Shown here: positions 39,321 to 53,865 of the stretch, piece by piece
Numbering within the stretch: position 1 is the stretch's first letter
Layout of the letters: the number at the start of each line of letters is the position of its first letter
Source of the DNA: Trichinella spiralis
Taxonomy: Eukaryota
NCBI RefSeq assembly: GCF_000181795.1
Contig: NW_003526943.1
Span: 2,906,707-2,970,706, forward strand
DNA length: 64,000 nucleotides
Direction: 5' to 3'
Program-made: the position numbers and the translations under genes
Notes under the pieces: model-generated
What the model saw: only the letters and a program-made list of their open reading frames with translations
What the model was told of the DNA's origin: nothing
Databases searched by the model: none

Positions 39321-39861
39321 TTAAAATTGCTTTTTTTCTTTATAAGGTTTGCATTTTACTGCAGAACTATTAGCCCGATAATGCCAAAGAGTTCCTTCGC
39401 AATCAAAAAGCTTCCTTGGAAACGTAGGTGAGCATTGTTTTGAATACACTTCTTCAACTGATATCTATAAATAAAATTAAACAGTCGTTTTATTGAATAT
39501 TTAACGTCATACGTTTTTAATAATTGTCGCTTATTATGTTTTAAAAAGATATTCTTACTTTTTCCTGTACACTGCAGGATGTTTCAGCGGCAATGAAGTT
39601 TACATAAGTGAGCACTCTGTTTTGAGAGGTGTGTTCAAGTTTTAGGACTCTGTGAAAAAGACCCTGTGATTTGGATTTTTCTTGATTAAATAATGTTTCC
39701 TTGGCCATGTCGAATGCATTAAAACGTACGGAAGCAACTACAACTGGTTCATCAGTAATAGTTAAATTTTGCGACTCTGAACTTTCTTCAAAGTCATTAC
39801 TAACTATATCTCCTTTTGCAAATGCACAAAATATGAAAAAAGTCAAAATGTACATATTCAT
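39321..39861 (-). CDS. Secreted cystatin-like protein (exons 39861-39559, 39464-39321)
   Basis: Signal peptide; RVLKL, AETSCS...C, and C...C pattern giving two cystatin-type disulfides. No QxVxG or PW motif. Confidence 0.65.
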
Positions 39862-40422
39862 CCTGCAATTGCATCAGTATTTAATTCTTGAAAAGTAGCT
39901 GCATATATATACGTGTTTGTGTGTGTATACATGTATGGAGGAAGATGTGCATGCACGTCTGTGTTTATAACAAATGTGTGACGCAACAATTTTCCGGAAC
40001 AACATTTGTGCAAATACGCATGCACTGTTATTACAAATTACTGTTATTTTTGAAAAATTCATCTTCAGTTAATGAAATATAAATTGTTATTTAGTAAGTT
40101 AGAAATTAAAATCATCTTTACATATAACGAATGCTTAAATTTTTAACATTTAAATTTACACTCTAAATTCATTTAAATTATACACTCTAAATTATAGTTA
40201 AAAAGTGAATGCTATAATACTCAGTCAATAATATTTTGAAGTTTAATAACTATTTATACATAAAATCAGAATTTTATTATTATTGATTTTATTGATTTGA
40301 TAAAGAATTTTATTGATGCTTTTTGTTGAAAAGTGTTTTGATATTTCACCATTAATATAATAAAATATGATATGAAAATATGATGAAAACTAGCGTCATT
40401 TTTATTGTTTGTTTTTGAAATA

Positions 40423-42408
40423 TTAGTCAGTAATTTCGTGATTTCTCCAACCGCCCATTGCAGCTATTAAACGGCTTGGAGATTTTTCAAATGGACTTTG
40501 ATAAGCTTTTGCTACAAGTGAATTTGTCACAGTCGAGTGTATTTTCGGTAAATATATACTGCTGTATGTTTTCATTTTTGTGTTTTTAATTTTTGAAAGA
40601 CTCAACTTGCGTCCTGCCATCTCTATCCATTCTAAATACGTATTAACACGGACAAATACTGCCGCAGTATTGGGTAAGTCGCATGCAACGTAAGTGAAGC
40701 TTGCAATGCCAATCTGGTAAAATCTGTCGTCGATCAAACAAAATAATGGACCTCCGCTGTCACCCTAATTAAACAGCATTTTTTAGACAGATATATTAAA
40801 TCAACAGTAATTATACTTGACAAATGCTATGTCCACCTTCCAGATTCCCAGCACAAATCATATTGTCACTCCGGTATTCTTTCGGGCAAAAAAAAGCATC
40901 CTGTAATTTTGCTTGGACAACCTTCAAATATCCATGATCTTCTTCTAAATTAATGAAAAGAAAAATGATATAAAAGTAATAAAACAGATAAAATTTCTGC
41001 ACTGGTTTACTTTACCGTAAGTTTCGCCCCAGCCTGATGCATAGCAATCCGCGTCACTTGGCAATTCCATATTCACTTTTGGCAAGCATACAGGCCTTAT
41101 ATGATCTGTAAATACTACAGGCATTTCTAATTTAAGAATGGCCACATCATTTTCAAATGATGTGTTATGATAAAAGTGTGATACGTAATTTTTCACAGAT
41201 AAAAAAAGTGCTTCTGGTTCTGCTCTTTTTACATTATATTGTCCAACTGCGACATTTATATTTCCTGGTTGTTTGTATTTGTTACTAAATACAACTGCGC
41301 TCATTTATGTGGATACAATATAATAGGAATTCAAAATAAATATGAAAAAATATTCTAAACAATATATTACATTATATTAAATAATTTTTAATTTTATATG
41401 ATTATTCTTATTTTTATTTTTTATATAAAATATTTTCTGCAATTTCTAGCAAGACTCATAAACATTATTGTTAGCAGCATTTATAAGCTTTGAAAATTTT
41501 ATCATCTATTTATTTGCCTAAAGTGCTTAGATAAAAAATATAAAATTATTTTTTCAACTGTTAAAATATGAGAGCAATTTTAAAAAATTTCAATCAGTTT
41601 TATGTTATTTTAAAATTGTCATTATTGTCAGATTTATTGGTTTTTTAAATATTACTTCAGAATAAACGTTAATAACTGTTTTTGTAGGCTATGGAATATT
41701 GATTTCACAAAATGTCATAAATTATAACTTATGAAGCACAAAATGAAGCACAATGATTAAAAATTAAGCATTGTAAAATTATTTACTTTATCATTAAGCA
41801 ATGTGCCGCAGTGAGGACTAGGGAAGTTCTGTTTTCACCGTCAATGGAAATTAAAGTTCCACCGCAGGATTGAATATGCAACTCATCATGCGGGAAGACC
41901 AGATAGACCATCCAAGGAATTGAACCTGGGTAAGAGTTCCAACCGCCGACAATGCGATTCTGTGATGGTAGATTTTTTAACTTATTTTGATAAACCGATT
42001 TTCCACAATAATGTGAGTTAATAATCTCTGCCTAAAATTGTAGTGAATGAACAAAAAGAAAAATGAACCTAAAGTTTAATTTAATCAAATGAATCCAAAT
42101 TTTTAAAATCTTAATTCAAATTCATCTTCATTATGTTTTTAAATTAAAGTATAAAAATTAAAAATTAATGTAAGAATTTGCTTGCTAAGCCATTAGTAAT
42201 GTGCAATTATTTGAACTTTTATGCATGAGTGCCATTGCATTGATATTTAAAAATCGCATGCAAATTTATTATTATTCATAAATTGCATATAAGCGAATTA
42301 CAATAAAGAACAAAGCTGATGTGTAAAAATTATTTGTAAAAAAGTGTGAAACTTTACCGAAATAGCAGTGAATGTCAGTATGTGAAGTAAGACGTAGGCT
42401 TTAATCAT
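40423..42408 (-). CDS. Secreted S1 serine protease, copy 1 (5 exons)
   Basis: Signal peptide MIKAYVLLHILTFTAIS; R|IVGG; TAAHC; NDVAIL; CQGDSGGP; C-terminal extension. Confidence 0.93.
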
Positions 42409-43611
42409 CTTATTTTAATGTTTCTTTGTTCAATGAATCCAATTGAGCAAAAAGTCAATCTTTTATATATCGAAGCAGCGCTTAATGGAAAGAAAATGTT
42501 TCTTAAATTAATATTTATAGAATCTGTGTAATAAAAATCAAATTTTAAACGGCAGTTGCCTCTGCTTCACGTTGGCAATTAATTTCACCTTTAATGGGCA
42601 ATTTTTCTCCAGGATATGAAGTTTTTTAATTTTTTTAGAATTAATATACCTTAAAAAAGATAAAAAACTAATCAACTGCCTTATTTTAAATATTTATCCA
42701 CATCGAAATCAGTTTTTGAAAATAATTATTTTCATAATTATTGTTTTAATTGCATTTGCATTCTAACTGACGTTCAGCTGCAACATTTGTTGATTAAGAT
42801 TAAAAATTTTTTCCTAACAAAATTTGAATTTTTTAAAATAATTTGTGAACAATTTTTATTAGTTAGCTAAGATTTTTATTAGCAAATTGTGATAAAGCTA
42901 TTTACTTATTTGAATCCATTATGCTTTTCTGTAGTAATTTCTTCTCTCAATGTAAATTTGAACATTTGGCCCGATTCAAATATTTCTGTTGAATTTTAAC
43001 ACTTTTTTCAGACTAATTAAATTTGTCGTGATGTTAATTTGATGCATTTAAAATTTTTATTCTTTCTTAATGTCCAACACTGCTATTTAGCAAGCATTCA
43101 TTTGGCTTTAACTTTCAGTGAAATATTATTTTAATAATTGATAGTTCTCAGTTGCAGGTCAATCTTTTATGATTTTTTGTTTCCATAATTAATAATAAAT
43201 ATGAAATATAATTATCCTTTTATTGCTTAACTAATTGAATAATATTATAGAAAGCAATGAATGCTGCACGCATATGATTTAAGGCAATATGCATTGTTTG
43301 TTATGTTAAATATTTTATTTAATAATAATTTTAATTATAATAATTATTAATTAAAATTTAATATAATAAAATAATAACGTTTAATATATTTAATTTTTAT
43401 ATGAATTTTTATGAAATAGATTTCATAAATTTTGAAACAATCAGTTAATCTTGTTTGCTTGCAAGCAGCATCTTGCCTTTGCTATTTCATTTATTTGATT
43501 TATTAAATTTTCCTTCGACATATTGCAGTATTTCAAAATTTTGTAAATCTGTGAAACTCTTTATTTAAAAAATAGACTTTTGAAAATAAGCAGTTTTGTA
43601 AAAAAAAAAAG

Positions 43612-45281
43612 TTAATCAGTAATTTCATGATTTTTCCAACCGCCCATTACAGCGATTAAACGACTAGGGCTGTTTTCGAACGGGCTATTATGAGCTTTCA
43701 CCATCATTGAATTTGAAAATTTCGATTGCATTTTGGGCAAAAAGATTAAACTAACTGTTCCATTTCTTCTATTATTAATTTTAATATTTTTCAACGTAAG
43801 AGCAGTTTTTTCAATCCAATCCAAATAACTAGTCACTCGGACAAATGCAGATGATGCACCCTGTAAAGCACAGTCATTATAGCCGAAGCTGACAATGCCA
43901 AACAGATAAAATCTGTCTCCGACCATGCAGAATAATGGACCGCCGCTGTCACCCTAAATTAAAGTAAACTGAAATATTCGAATAAATGTTAAATAAAATC
44001 AAGTGACAAATATTTTACATTGCAGACGTCATGTCCGCCTCCTAAATTGCCGGCACAGAGCATTTTTTCTTGAAAAAATGGTCTTGGGCAAAATTTGCTC
44101 ATTTGGAGTCGCACTTTGACTATTTTTAGCATACCTTCTTCTTTTTCCACTAAACATTAAAAGATGAAATTAAACTTTACAAAGATATGGATCCACCGTT
44201 TACATTTTTTTCAAAAATATACCTACCGTTTGTCCTACCCCACCCAGCTGCATAACATTCTTCTCCAATTGGTAGTCTCATATTTGCAGAAGGCAAGCAC
44301 AGTGGCCGAACATATTTTGTGAATAGTACCCACTTTTCCAATCGCAGAATAGCAATATCGTTTTCGAGTGAATCTTCATGAAAAAAGTGTGAAACGTAGT
44401 TTTTCACATGAAGAAAGATCGCTTCATCTCGAGCATGTTTTAAGTGATTTTGTCTAATGGCAACAAGAATGTCTCCTGGCTCCTTATACTGATTGCTAAA
44501 TTATTCAAATTTAATAATGCAATTTAACAAATATAAAACTTTCTTATTTAATATGGGATAAATATTAAATAACCAGAATAATATTGAATTGTTATTAAAA
44601 TGATCTTTATTAAAAAAAACTTTATAAACAATAGGATTGAATAGCAAAGCAGTATAACAACGTAAATATAGCAATTTGTTTTGCTGGCAGAAAGTATAGC
44701 ATTTTAAGACATCTTAAAGAAAGTTACAGTCATCTTAAGTATGCAGTCATACTGTTACATCTGTGAATGGAATATTGATTAGCGATATCACTTAATATGG
44801 CGACAAAAAATAAAGATGGATATTTATGGATAAGAAATGATAGTTAATTTCTCAGTTTCGAAATAAAGAAATAAAACTGAATTATGCAATAACTTTCATT
44901 CACAATCCTACTATATGCTCAGTTTAGAATTTTATCTTTATGTGAATGTGGAATAATTCAAATCTCTAAGGGTAAGTTTTGTAGCTTAAAGTAGTATAAA
45001 CTATCTCATGTTGTCTTACCCTAGTTTCACACAGTGAGCTGCAGTAAGTACTAAACTAGTGCTGTTTTTTCCATCTACAGAAATTAATGATCCGCCACAC
45101 ATTTGTGAAAAGCCTTCTTCTGCTGGAAACGTTAAATGAACCATCCACGGTAAAGAACCATCGTAAGCTTTCCATCCGCCAACAATTCGATTTTGGATTT
45201 TTTTATGGTACGTTAATTTTTCTTGATGAACTGATTTTCCACAATATGGAGAATTTACAATTTCTGACTGTAAATTAAAAG

Positions 45282-45317
<36 letters not shown>

Positions 45318-45532
45318 CTACAGATTTTGAAGTTGAATTTTCATTTATCCGTATGAAATAGTGGAAAAGTATTATCAAACTTAGCTGAAATAAAAAACTA
45401 TAAATGAAATGTTGGCATGTTATTAAGTTATTATTACTTGCCATATGCAGAGAGTAACTGTTTGATACTCACCAAAATTAAATTTAATTTAAGTAAAAAG
45501 GAAAATGATACTATGTAAAAAAATAAAATCAT
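43612..45532 (-). CDS. Secreted S1 serine protease, copy 2 (5 exons)
   Basis: Signal peptide MILFFYIVSFSFLL; R|IVGG; TAAHC; NDIAIL; CNGDSGGP. Same intron layout and tail as copy 1. Confidence 0.93.
45286..45315. repeat. (TA)n microsatellite in protease intron 1
   Basis: Uninterrupted alternating AT run of about 30 bp. Confidence 0.9.
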
Positions 45533-46757
45533 TCTATGTAATTGTCAATTTTTGCTCGAAACGATTTGAGTATAAATAAAAACAGGAGTATTTATTTTTT
45601 TGAAACAGACAAGAAAAAATAATAATTACGTAAGCTCATTTGCATTAGTATGTTATATTTTTAGTTTATAATTTTAATTTGCTAATGTTTTTTAGCAGCA
45701 TTTTTAGCAGCAATTATATATTTTTTGTACAAAAATGTTCCTCGCATTCAGTAATGAATAGCAAATTGAAATGACGCAGAGCATTTTATTAAAGAAACAT
45801 AATTAATCATATCACAATAATGTAAACTGCATTAGCAACCCTAAAAACGAATGAACTCCATTAGTCATTGTGGATAAACGTTTAGCACTTAATTATACAT
45901 TTTTTGAGCACCAATCCACATGTTTAAAGGGCTGTGTAAATTCAAACCAATTAAGAGGTGAATAAATAATTTTGTAGAGTAAATTTTTAGTTTCGTGCAA
46001 AATTTGTTAGAATATCATTTTTATGGCACAGATTTTTTTCACTCTTTGATTTTTTGTACTTAATTCTGCAATTTATCTACTGTAAATTTCTTTTAATATT
46101 ATTAACTTATCACTTCAAATGATCAAATACTAAAGTTTTCTCATATAATTCTTAAATAGGTACTGCACTTGCTTGACTTATTTGAATTCGCAAAAGTCAT
46201 GTCAAGTATCAATTAAGATGAGTTAATTAAATTTAATTATATTAGTTTGATGGGTAATAAAAATTAAATAAAGAGTTTGAATGCTTTTGCTTTTTATTCA
46301 ATAAAATATTCTAAAATAATTCCCAAGTGAAAAAATGTCAAAATAGCACGTAGAAATAATCATAAGTTTATTATCTAAATCTAAATAATGTGTTTTTCAT
46401 TATCCACACAAAGTTGAACAAAGTAAAATGTTTATGAAATATTAAAAAAGTGTTTTTTGAAAAAATATAAATAAAGGTCAATAGCAAATATTGTATATAA
46501 TAAGATTTTAATTTGCTTTTGAGGAAAGCGTCATTAATCAAAACAAGGGTTAGTTATCACTAAAGTAACTGACACTAATCTATTTTAGTTAGCAATACAT
46601 TTCTGATTATTATTTGAAAATACACGTTCATAACTTTTTCTGAAAATCATCAGTTTTTAAATAACTTGAGTACAGATTTCAAGAAAAAAAAGAAAATTTT
46701 TATATCATTTTATTTTAATAATTAAAAATAATATATCAATCACTGAAGAAATATGAG

Positions 46758-48701
46758 TTATTTTTTACAATAATTTGGATCGAGCAGATGCGACTCAATC
46801 TCACCAATGCAGATTTTCATTTTGTTCTCCAGGCTTTCAAGCTCGGCAATCTTCTTGGTCAACTCTTTTCCATCTTGATCCGTTTTCTTGATGTATCGTT
46901 CTAAACGAGCCTTCTTACCTTGCAAATGATGTGACATTTCATTCAGGTACTTTATTTCTTCGGTGATTATTTCATTTTGTTTTAAATAAATCTCCTCATT
47001 ATCTTTCTCTTCATTATCTGATTCCAAACATTTTCCATAAAATTCTTTGCCTGCGATCTGTGGTATTAAAGCATTCAACTCGGATTCCAACTTTTCTAAA
47101 CAAGCTGTATATTGTAAATTTTCATTTTCCAAGTTTGACTTTAGCTCCATCAATTCCAAATTATTTTTCCACGAAGCTTGTAATTGACCAGATAAAATAT
47201 GATTTTCTAATTTAATTCTTTCTGTCAGTTTGGTCCAGTAGAGTGAATCGATAATTTGCTGTTGTTGCCATTGTTGCACCGTAATAAATTGGCTGACGAA
47301 GTGCATCTTTCTTGATGTCGAGAAGTAAGCTTGGTTTTTGGCCGTGATGTCTGAATTCATATTTTTCAGCTCTTCTAAGAGTTCTGAATATTTTTTCTGC
47401 AGTTCAGCACTTTCATCTTTATGTTCGGTCTTTTCTTTCTGACAATTCTCTTTGAATTTTTGAATTTCTTCTGCAATCCATTCTGCATCCGCTTGTATAG
47501 CCCATTCTGCCTCGTCCAGCAGTTCATTCAGATCTTTTTGCTCATTAGCTGTGGATCTGTTGCACTCGTTGTTCAAGCATTCCTGAATTGCCTGCATAAA
47601 TGAACAATGCTGCACAGTTTTATCATCTGATTCACATTGCGAGCGTAAGCTGTTTAGCAGTTCCGTTCGCATTTTGATTTCACGTTCAAAAGTTTCCTTT
47701 GCAATCTGCAATGCTCTCACTTTCGTTTCACAGGCATGAAAACGAATCTTTTTTTCTTTGATCTGCTCGTTTTGCTGCTCAGTAACTTTTTCATAACGGA
47801 ACATATCTGCCCACAAATTATCCAAAAACCGTTTAGCATCTGCGGCTAAAAGTGACCGAGTGAGGAATTCTTCCGGCGGCTTGCAGTCGTTGGCAAGCAA
47901 AATTCCGTGGTATTTCTGTTCGCATTGCTTTAGCAAGTTGTACAACACTTCAATCAAATGCTTCAAGCGCATGACTGTACCTTGTGCAAAGTTCAGCTCT
48001 TCAGTTTGATCGGCCATCTTCAGGGTCGCATTTCTTGGATATGGAATACCGTTCCAAAGAGCGATCCCTTCACGCAACCAATTCACTCGTTCAGTTTCCA
48101 ACAACACTTGGGTATTCTGGTTGGCCATTTGTTCCGCATAGCTGTTCAATTTCGCTTTCACAAACTTCTCGTCTATTAATTTCACCTTAGAATCACTGGT
48201 TGGCTGAGGCTTGCTCAATGATATGCAAATAGAGCAAAGCTGGCGAGAAAGCAATCTTGATCGGAAACACAGGGAGTGGTAGTCTTCATTTTCACAGGGG
48301 GGCAGGGTTTGAAATTTCAGATCAACCAAACCAGCACCCTTCTCTTGAACAAGCTTTTCCAAACGAAGATACATGCTGTTCAATAAAAGTGACAGATTAT
48401 TTATCTCACTGCTGCCTTTGTCTGTTCCAACTGAAAATGGGAAATGGCTGCCCTCCAATTGTAGAACGATCTCATTGGCCGGGATGTCGCAACAGTCGCT
48501 GTACATTTTCAAAAATTGCTTGGAATGCTCGATGTCGTCAGTTGCATGTTTCAATGATGCTAGCAACACATTTTTCAGCATCTCATGCATGACCTTGGAA
48601 CGTTGCTCTTCGTTGATCTTTTCGTAAGCATCCGCACGAAGCACAATGTCGCTGTTCTTCTTTTTACCTTCGGACTGATTGTTGTTGTTGTTGTTGCTCA
48701 T
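46758..48701 (-). CDS. Intronless 647-aa coiled-coil protein; possibly a divergent Bre1/RNF20-like protein lacking the RING
   Basis: 1944-nt open frame in AT-rich DNA with E/K/Q/L-rich heptads. The coding call is strong; the family assignment is tentative. Confidence 0.8.
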   Translation of the reverse strand: MSNNNNNNQSEGKKKNSDIVLRADAYEKINEEQRSKVMHEMLKNVLLASLKHATDDIEHSKQFLKMYSDCCDIPANEIVLQLEGSHFPFSVGTDKGSSEINNLSLLLNSMYLRLEKLVQEKGAGLVDLKFQTLPPCENEDYHSLCFRSRLLSRQLCSICISLSKPQPTSDSKVKLIDEKFVKAKLNSYAEQMANQNTQVLLETERVNWLREGIALWNGIPYPRNATLKMADQTEELNFAQGTVMRLKHLIEVLYNLLKQCEQKYHGILLANDCKPPEEFLTRSLLAADAKRFLDNLWADMFRYEKVTEQQNEQIKEKKIRFHACETKVRALQIAKETFEREIKMRTELLNSLRSQCESDDKTVQHCSFMQAIQECLNNECNRSTANEQKDLNELLDEAEWAIQADAEWIAEEIQKFKENCQKEKTEHKDESAELQKKYSELLEELKNMNSDITAKNQAYFSTSRKMHFVSQFITVQQWQQQQIIDSLYWTKLTERIKLENHILSGQLQASWKNNLELMELKSNLENENLQYTACLEKLESELNALIPQIAGKEFYGKCLESDNEEKDNEEIYLKQNEIITEEIKYLNEMSHHLQGKKARLERYIKKTDQDGKELTKKIAELESLENKMKICIGEIESHLLDPNYCKK

Positions 48702-51218
48702 TTTGAAGAGACAAAATACCGCTCAACACGTAGTTCGCATACAATCTGATTAAATTTGCTCCTTTTCCCACATTTCAACTTTAAAATGTTCAAACTGTAA
48801 ATTTGCTTTAAAGTGCACTTTAAAATTTTACAGTCTGTACATTGAGTTATTTATTGATCAAATTTTGTAATATTCAAAAATTAAAGATAAACTGAAATAA
48901 AATTGGTCTTATTACTTTAATAATTTTTGAATATTTGTTTACAAGTCTATGGATATTGTGTGATTTTGAAATTATGCGCAATTTAATTTGAATCCACTCT
49001 TATATCATATCTTTTACAACACCCTTTTGTATTTTAAATAGCATCAATAGTTTTATTTGAAAAAAGTTTTTTTTAAACTGAATACATAGTCGTGATTATG
49101 AGTGTAGCGATTTCTAAAAATAAATGTACACATGTACGTATGATTTTGTTAATAAATTTAGCTTTGGGCAGGATTCATTTAAACTGAAAGATAACGGTTT
49201 ATTGCTGTATTTTTGAGTCGCTTGCCCCAATTCAGTCTAGTTTCAAATGTATAATTCAATATGTCAAGGAAAATAGTTTTCTGAGAAGAATACTTAAAAT
49301 TACCGATATATGAACATTAATAAAATGGAAACATGAAATCACTTCTGAATAGCAAATGTTGAAACGAAAATTTAATTTTCAAAGATGTAATACAAATAAC
49401 GTTTCCTCCAGTTTTATTTGTATAAATATATGAATGTACAAAAAGTGACCTTCAAAATTACTTAACGTACAAATTATTCAGCCTACTGTCTGCCTTCTTA
49501 TGGATAATTTCAATGAAAAACCACACGTCATTTCAATACGTTTATAATGCATCCATTTACGTATAAAATTGCATATTTTAAATTTGAATTTAAAGAGGAA
49601 ACATTTCAGTGTAAAAATGATCAGAAATTAAAATTTTTGTCTTTGTCAAAAAATCTCAGTTTATGCTGAAGATAAAATTGTCAGCACAAATAGCAGTGCT
49701 CAGACTAGTTTTTGTGCATTCCATTCTTGACTAAAAGATGTTCAAAATATCACATATAAAAATTTGAGAATGTTTATGAACAAAATATGCATATGCATAT
49801 TTCGCATGCAACAATACTGATAAATAATCATTTATCCGTGTTGCGTAATATCTGTTCAGTTGTACATTATTCATGTTTATTTATACACAGTTCATAACTT
49901 TAATTTAAAGCATATAGCAGTTAGCACGAATTTTAACATTTTCCCGTCACCTTAAAGCTGTTTTTTGTTTCAAAAGAAATTCACTGAATAAAATGACAGC
50001 TAAAACAATAACACAATATTCTTGCTTGTACTGCCATATCTTTTTTACTTCCAAAAGCTAAAAATGCTGATCAGATAAATTCCGCATATTTATACTGAAT
50101 AAAGTTTAATAAGCAATAAAATTCCAATTAATATTTGATCAATGTCAATTAATATTAATTAAAATGTTTGCACCCATACTTTCGTTTTGTATTTGCAGTT
50201 AAGTGTATAAATTTCACTTTATTGAGTGCGTGAAATATTTGCTGTGCCGCAATCAAAAACTTTGACCCAATTATAAAAAATTACTAAGAAAAATCTAACC
50301 TCATTTAATTCTGCGAAACAAAGTTGAATATGAGAAGTCTCACTTTAATTAATTGTAATGACTTCCATAACTTATTAGCAGAAACTTATATTGCAAAAAA
50401 CAACAGTAAAGTTGATCAGTATAAAATATTCCTATATCATATAAGAATGTCATAGTAATTAAGCAAAAGAGAAATTTTAATTTCAAAACAATAATTGACA
50501 AAATATTTTAAATAAATGACTGATATTGAAATTATTATTAAAATTCATTTTTATAAAAAAAATTGTAGAAATGCAGATTTAAAACTGTAACAGTTCTGAT
50601 GAGAATTACAAATAGAAACAGTTATTCATTGAACACTAAATGAATGCAGAAATAACTGCTTGCTGATAATTTTTTATTCATTTTTTAGTAAAATTCATTG
50701 AAATTTTTGTATTATTTTCTTATTAATTGAAGAAAAATTGCTTAAAAATGTAGTGGAGAAAATTGAACTGCCTTAAAGTGTTTTTTTCCAAACATTGAAA
50801 TGACTTCATGCTTACAAGAGAATGACAGTATGAAATGTTCAAGGTCGAACGGTAAAAAGGCATACATTTTTCGAAGAGGGAGCAAACTGCCCGCCGTATT
50901 CTGAACAATAATTCCCAGTGATCTACATTCTAAAAAACAGACACGCATTTTGAGCTGTCACTTTTTTGACTATTTCAGAAATGTGGGTTAGCAGTGGTGT
51001 GTAGTTTCTTGTTGGTCAAGACATGCTTGGGATTGGGCCGGCCTGTTTTGTTGCGTCACTTTTTTTCATCAAACTAAAGAAACCGTGTCATTGCGGGCGG
51101 GCAGAAGCGAAAACGGTCCACGAACCGCTTTGCTCCAGTGAACCACTTTTGAACGGAATAAAATGGCGCCCGTTGCTTCAGTTCACCAGTCCACTGTCTA
51201 TTCGTGAAGAAGTTGAAA

Positions 51219-52389
<1,171 letters not shown>

Positions 52390-53865
52390 ATGGTTCACCA
52401 TTCAACATCCTAATAATGCGCAATTTGCAATCGACCTTTTTACATTTTTTCCACCATTAATACTGATTAGTTTAAAAAGGCGATTGTCTTTTTATAAAAA
52501 TTTTATAAACGAAAAGCTAAAATAAATTTCATTCATTCTTCACTTTTTGCATTGATTTGCTTGTGCAGTTGAACTAATTCTTACAACATATTAGCATAAG
52601 CTTTATAAAATGTTATGCTGAGAAAAATTGAATTAAAACGTCAATATTATCAATTATTATTAGAAAGATTTTGATGCTTGTTGAACAAGTAGGCAACTTA
52701 AAATTACAGGAGCGCACTAACATATTATTCTGCATTTGTAGGCTATGGGAAATCAGTTATCATGCGCATTTGTAAATATAAAGTGCCCAAATAACTTTAA
52801 AATCTTTTTTAAAATCAGTTTTAAAATTTTATTTAATAAAGCTGCACTTATCGAATTTCTTATTATCTACTTAAATAATATAAAATCACACATTTGAATA
52901 TGTTATCATTCATTTTTATACTAAATTTCTTATTGAAAATACCACTATGCATTACGTGACAACAAAGAAGAAAAGTAAAAGAAGAATCTTAAAAATAAAA
53001 ATTTCACAATGTAAAATAACAACTAAAAGTATTAAAGTAATGAATTTCAATAAATTTGTCAAAAATTTTAATGAAAATTATTTTAACAAAATCGAAACAA
53101 ATACGAACATTTCGTGTAATCAAAAAAATATGTAGAAGTTAATTTAGCGCGCAAAAGTTTGATATAATGCAGCACGATTCATTTGATTGTACTCTGTTGC
53201 AATGATATACAGTTGTGCTAAATTTAATGCACAAAAAAATTCATAACAAGGAAACTGAAATTTTTTGCAAAGCAGACAAAATGCCTTTGACCTGAAGTTC
53301 AAGTCTATAAGCGTATTCTCATTTTGTGTGCAGAAACTTCTGGTTTTTGCAGTTCAGAAGTAAACTTTTTATAATAACTCAAAATTAATTATGTTACGTA
53401 AATGTTGAAAATTTTTATTTAATTATCAAAAATAAATAGCAATCAAAATGAATTTCTTGTACATCATAGAATTGTATAAACAAACTTTATTTCAGAATAA
53501 TAATATGCTAAAATTAAAAAAAATATAGCAATTTGAATGTCATATGCAATGAAAAAAATTATAGAAAAGCAGTTCATATACAATAACTCTGAAGAAGGAA
53601 TATAATTTTAAATCTCATTTATAAATAAGTGATGAAGTAAAATAATGTTAATTAATTAGCAATTAAAAGATTTATTTTTATCTCATAACTCTTACAATGC
53701 ATTTCTTGTACACAGAATATTTGACAATTCTCAATGAATAACGCATTTAAACGTTTTCTTAGATTTTTTGCATTGTTAGTTTTATGGTAGATATATTTCA
53801 GCTTGACACAGATTTTTAATAAATCATAGTTATAATAATGTAGTAAAATGAAACAATAAATAGTA

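Noticed and set aside
47421..48627. Several plus-strand ORFs
   Set aside because: Antisense shadows of the 647-aa gene.
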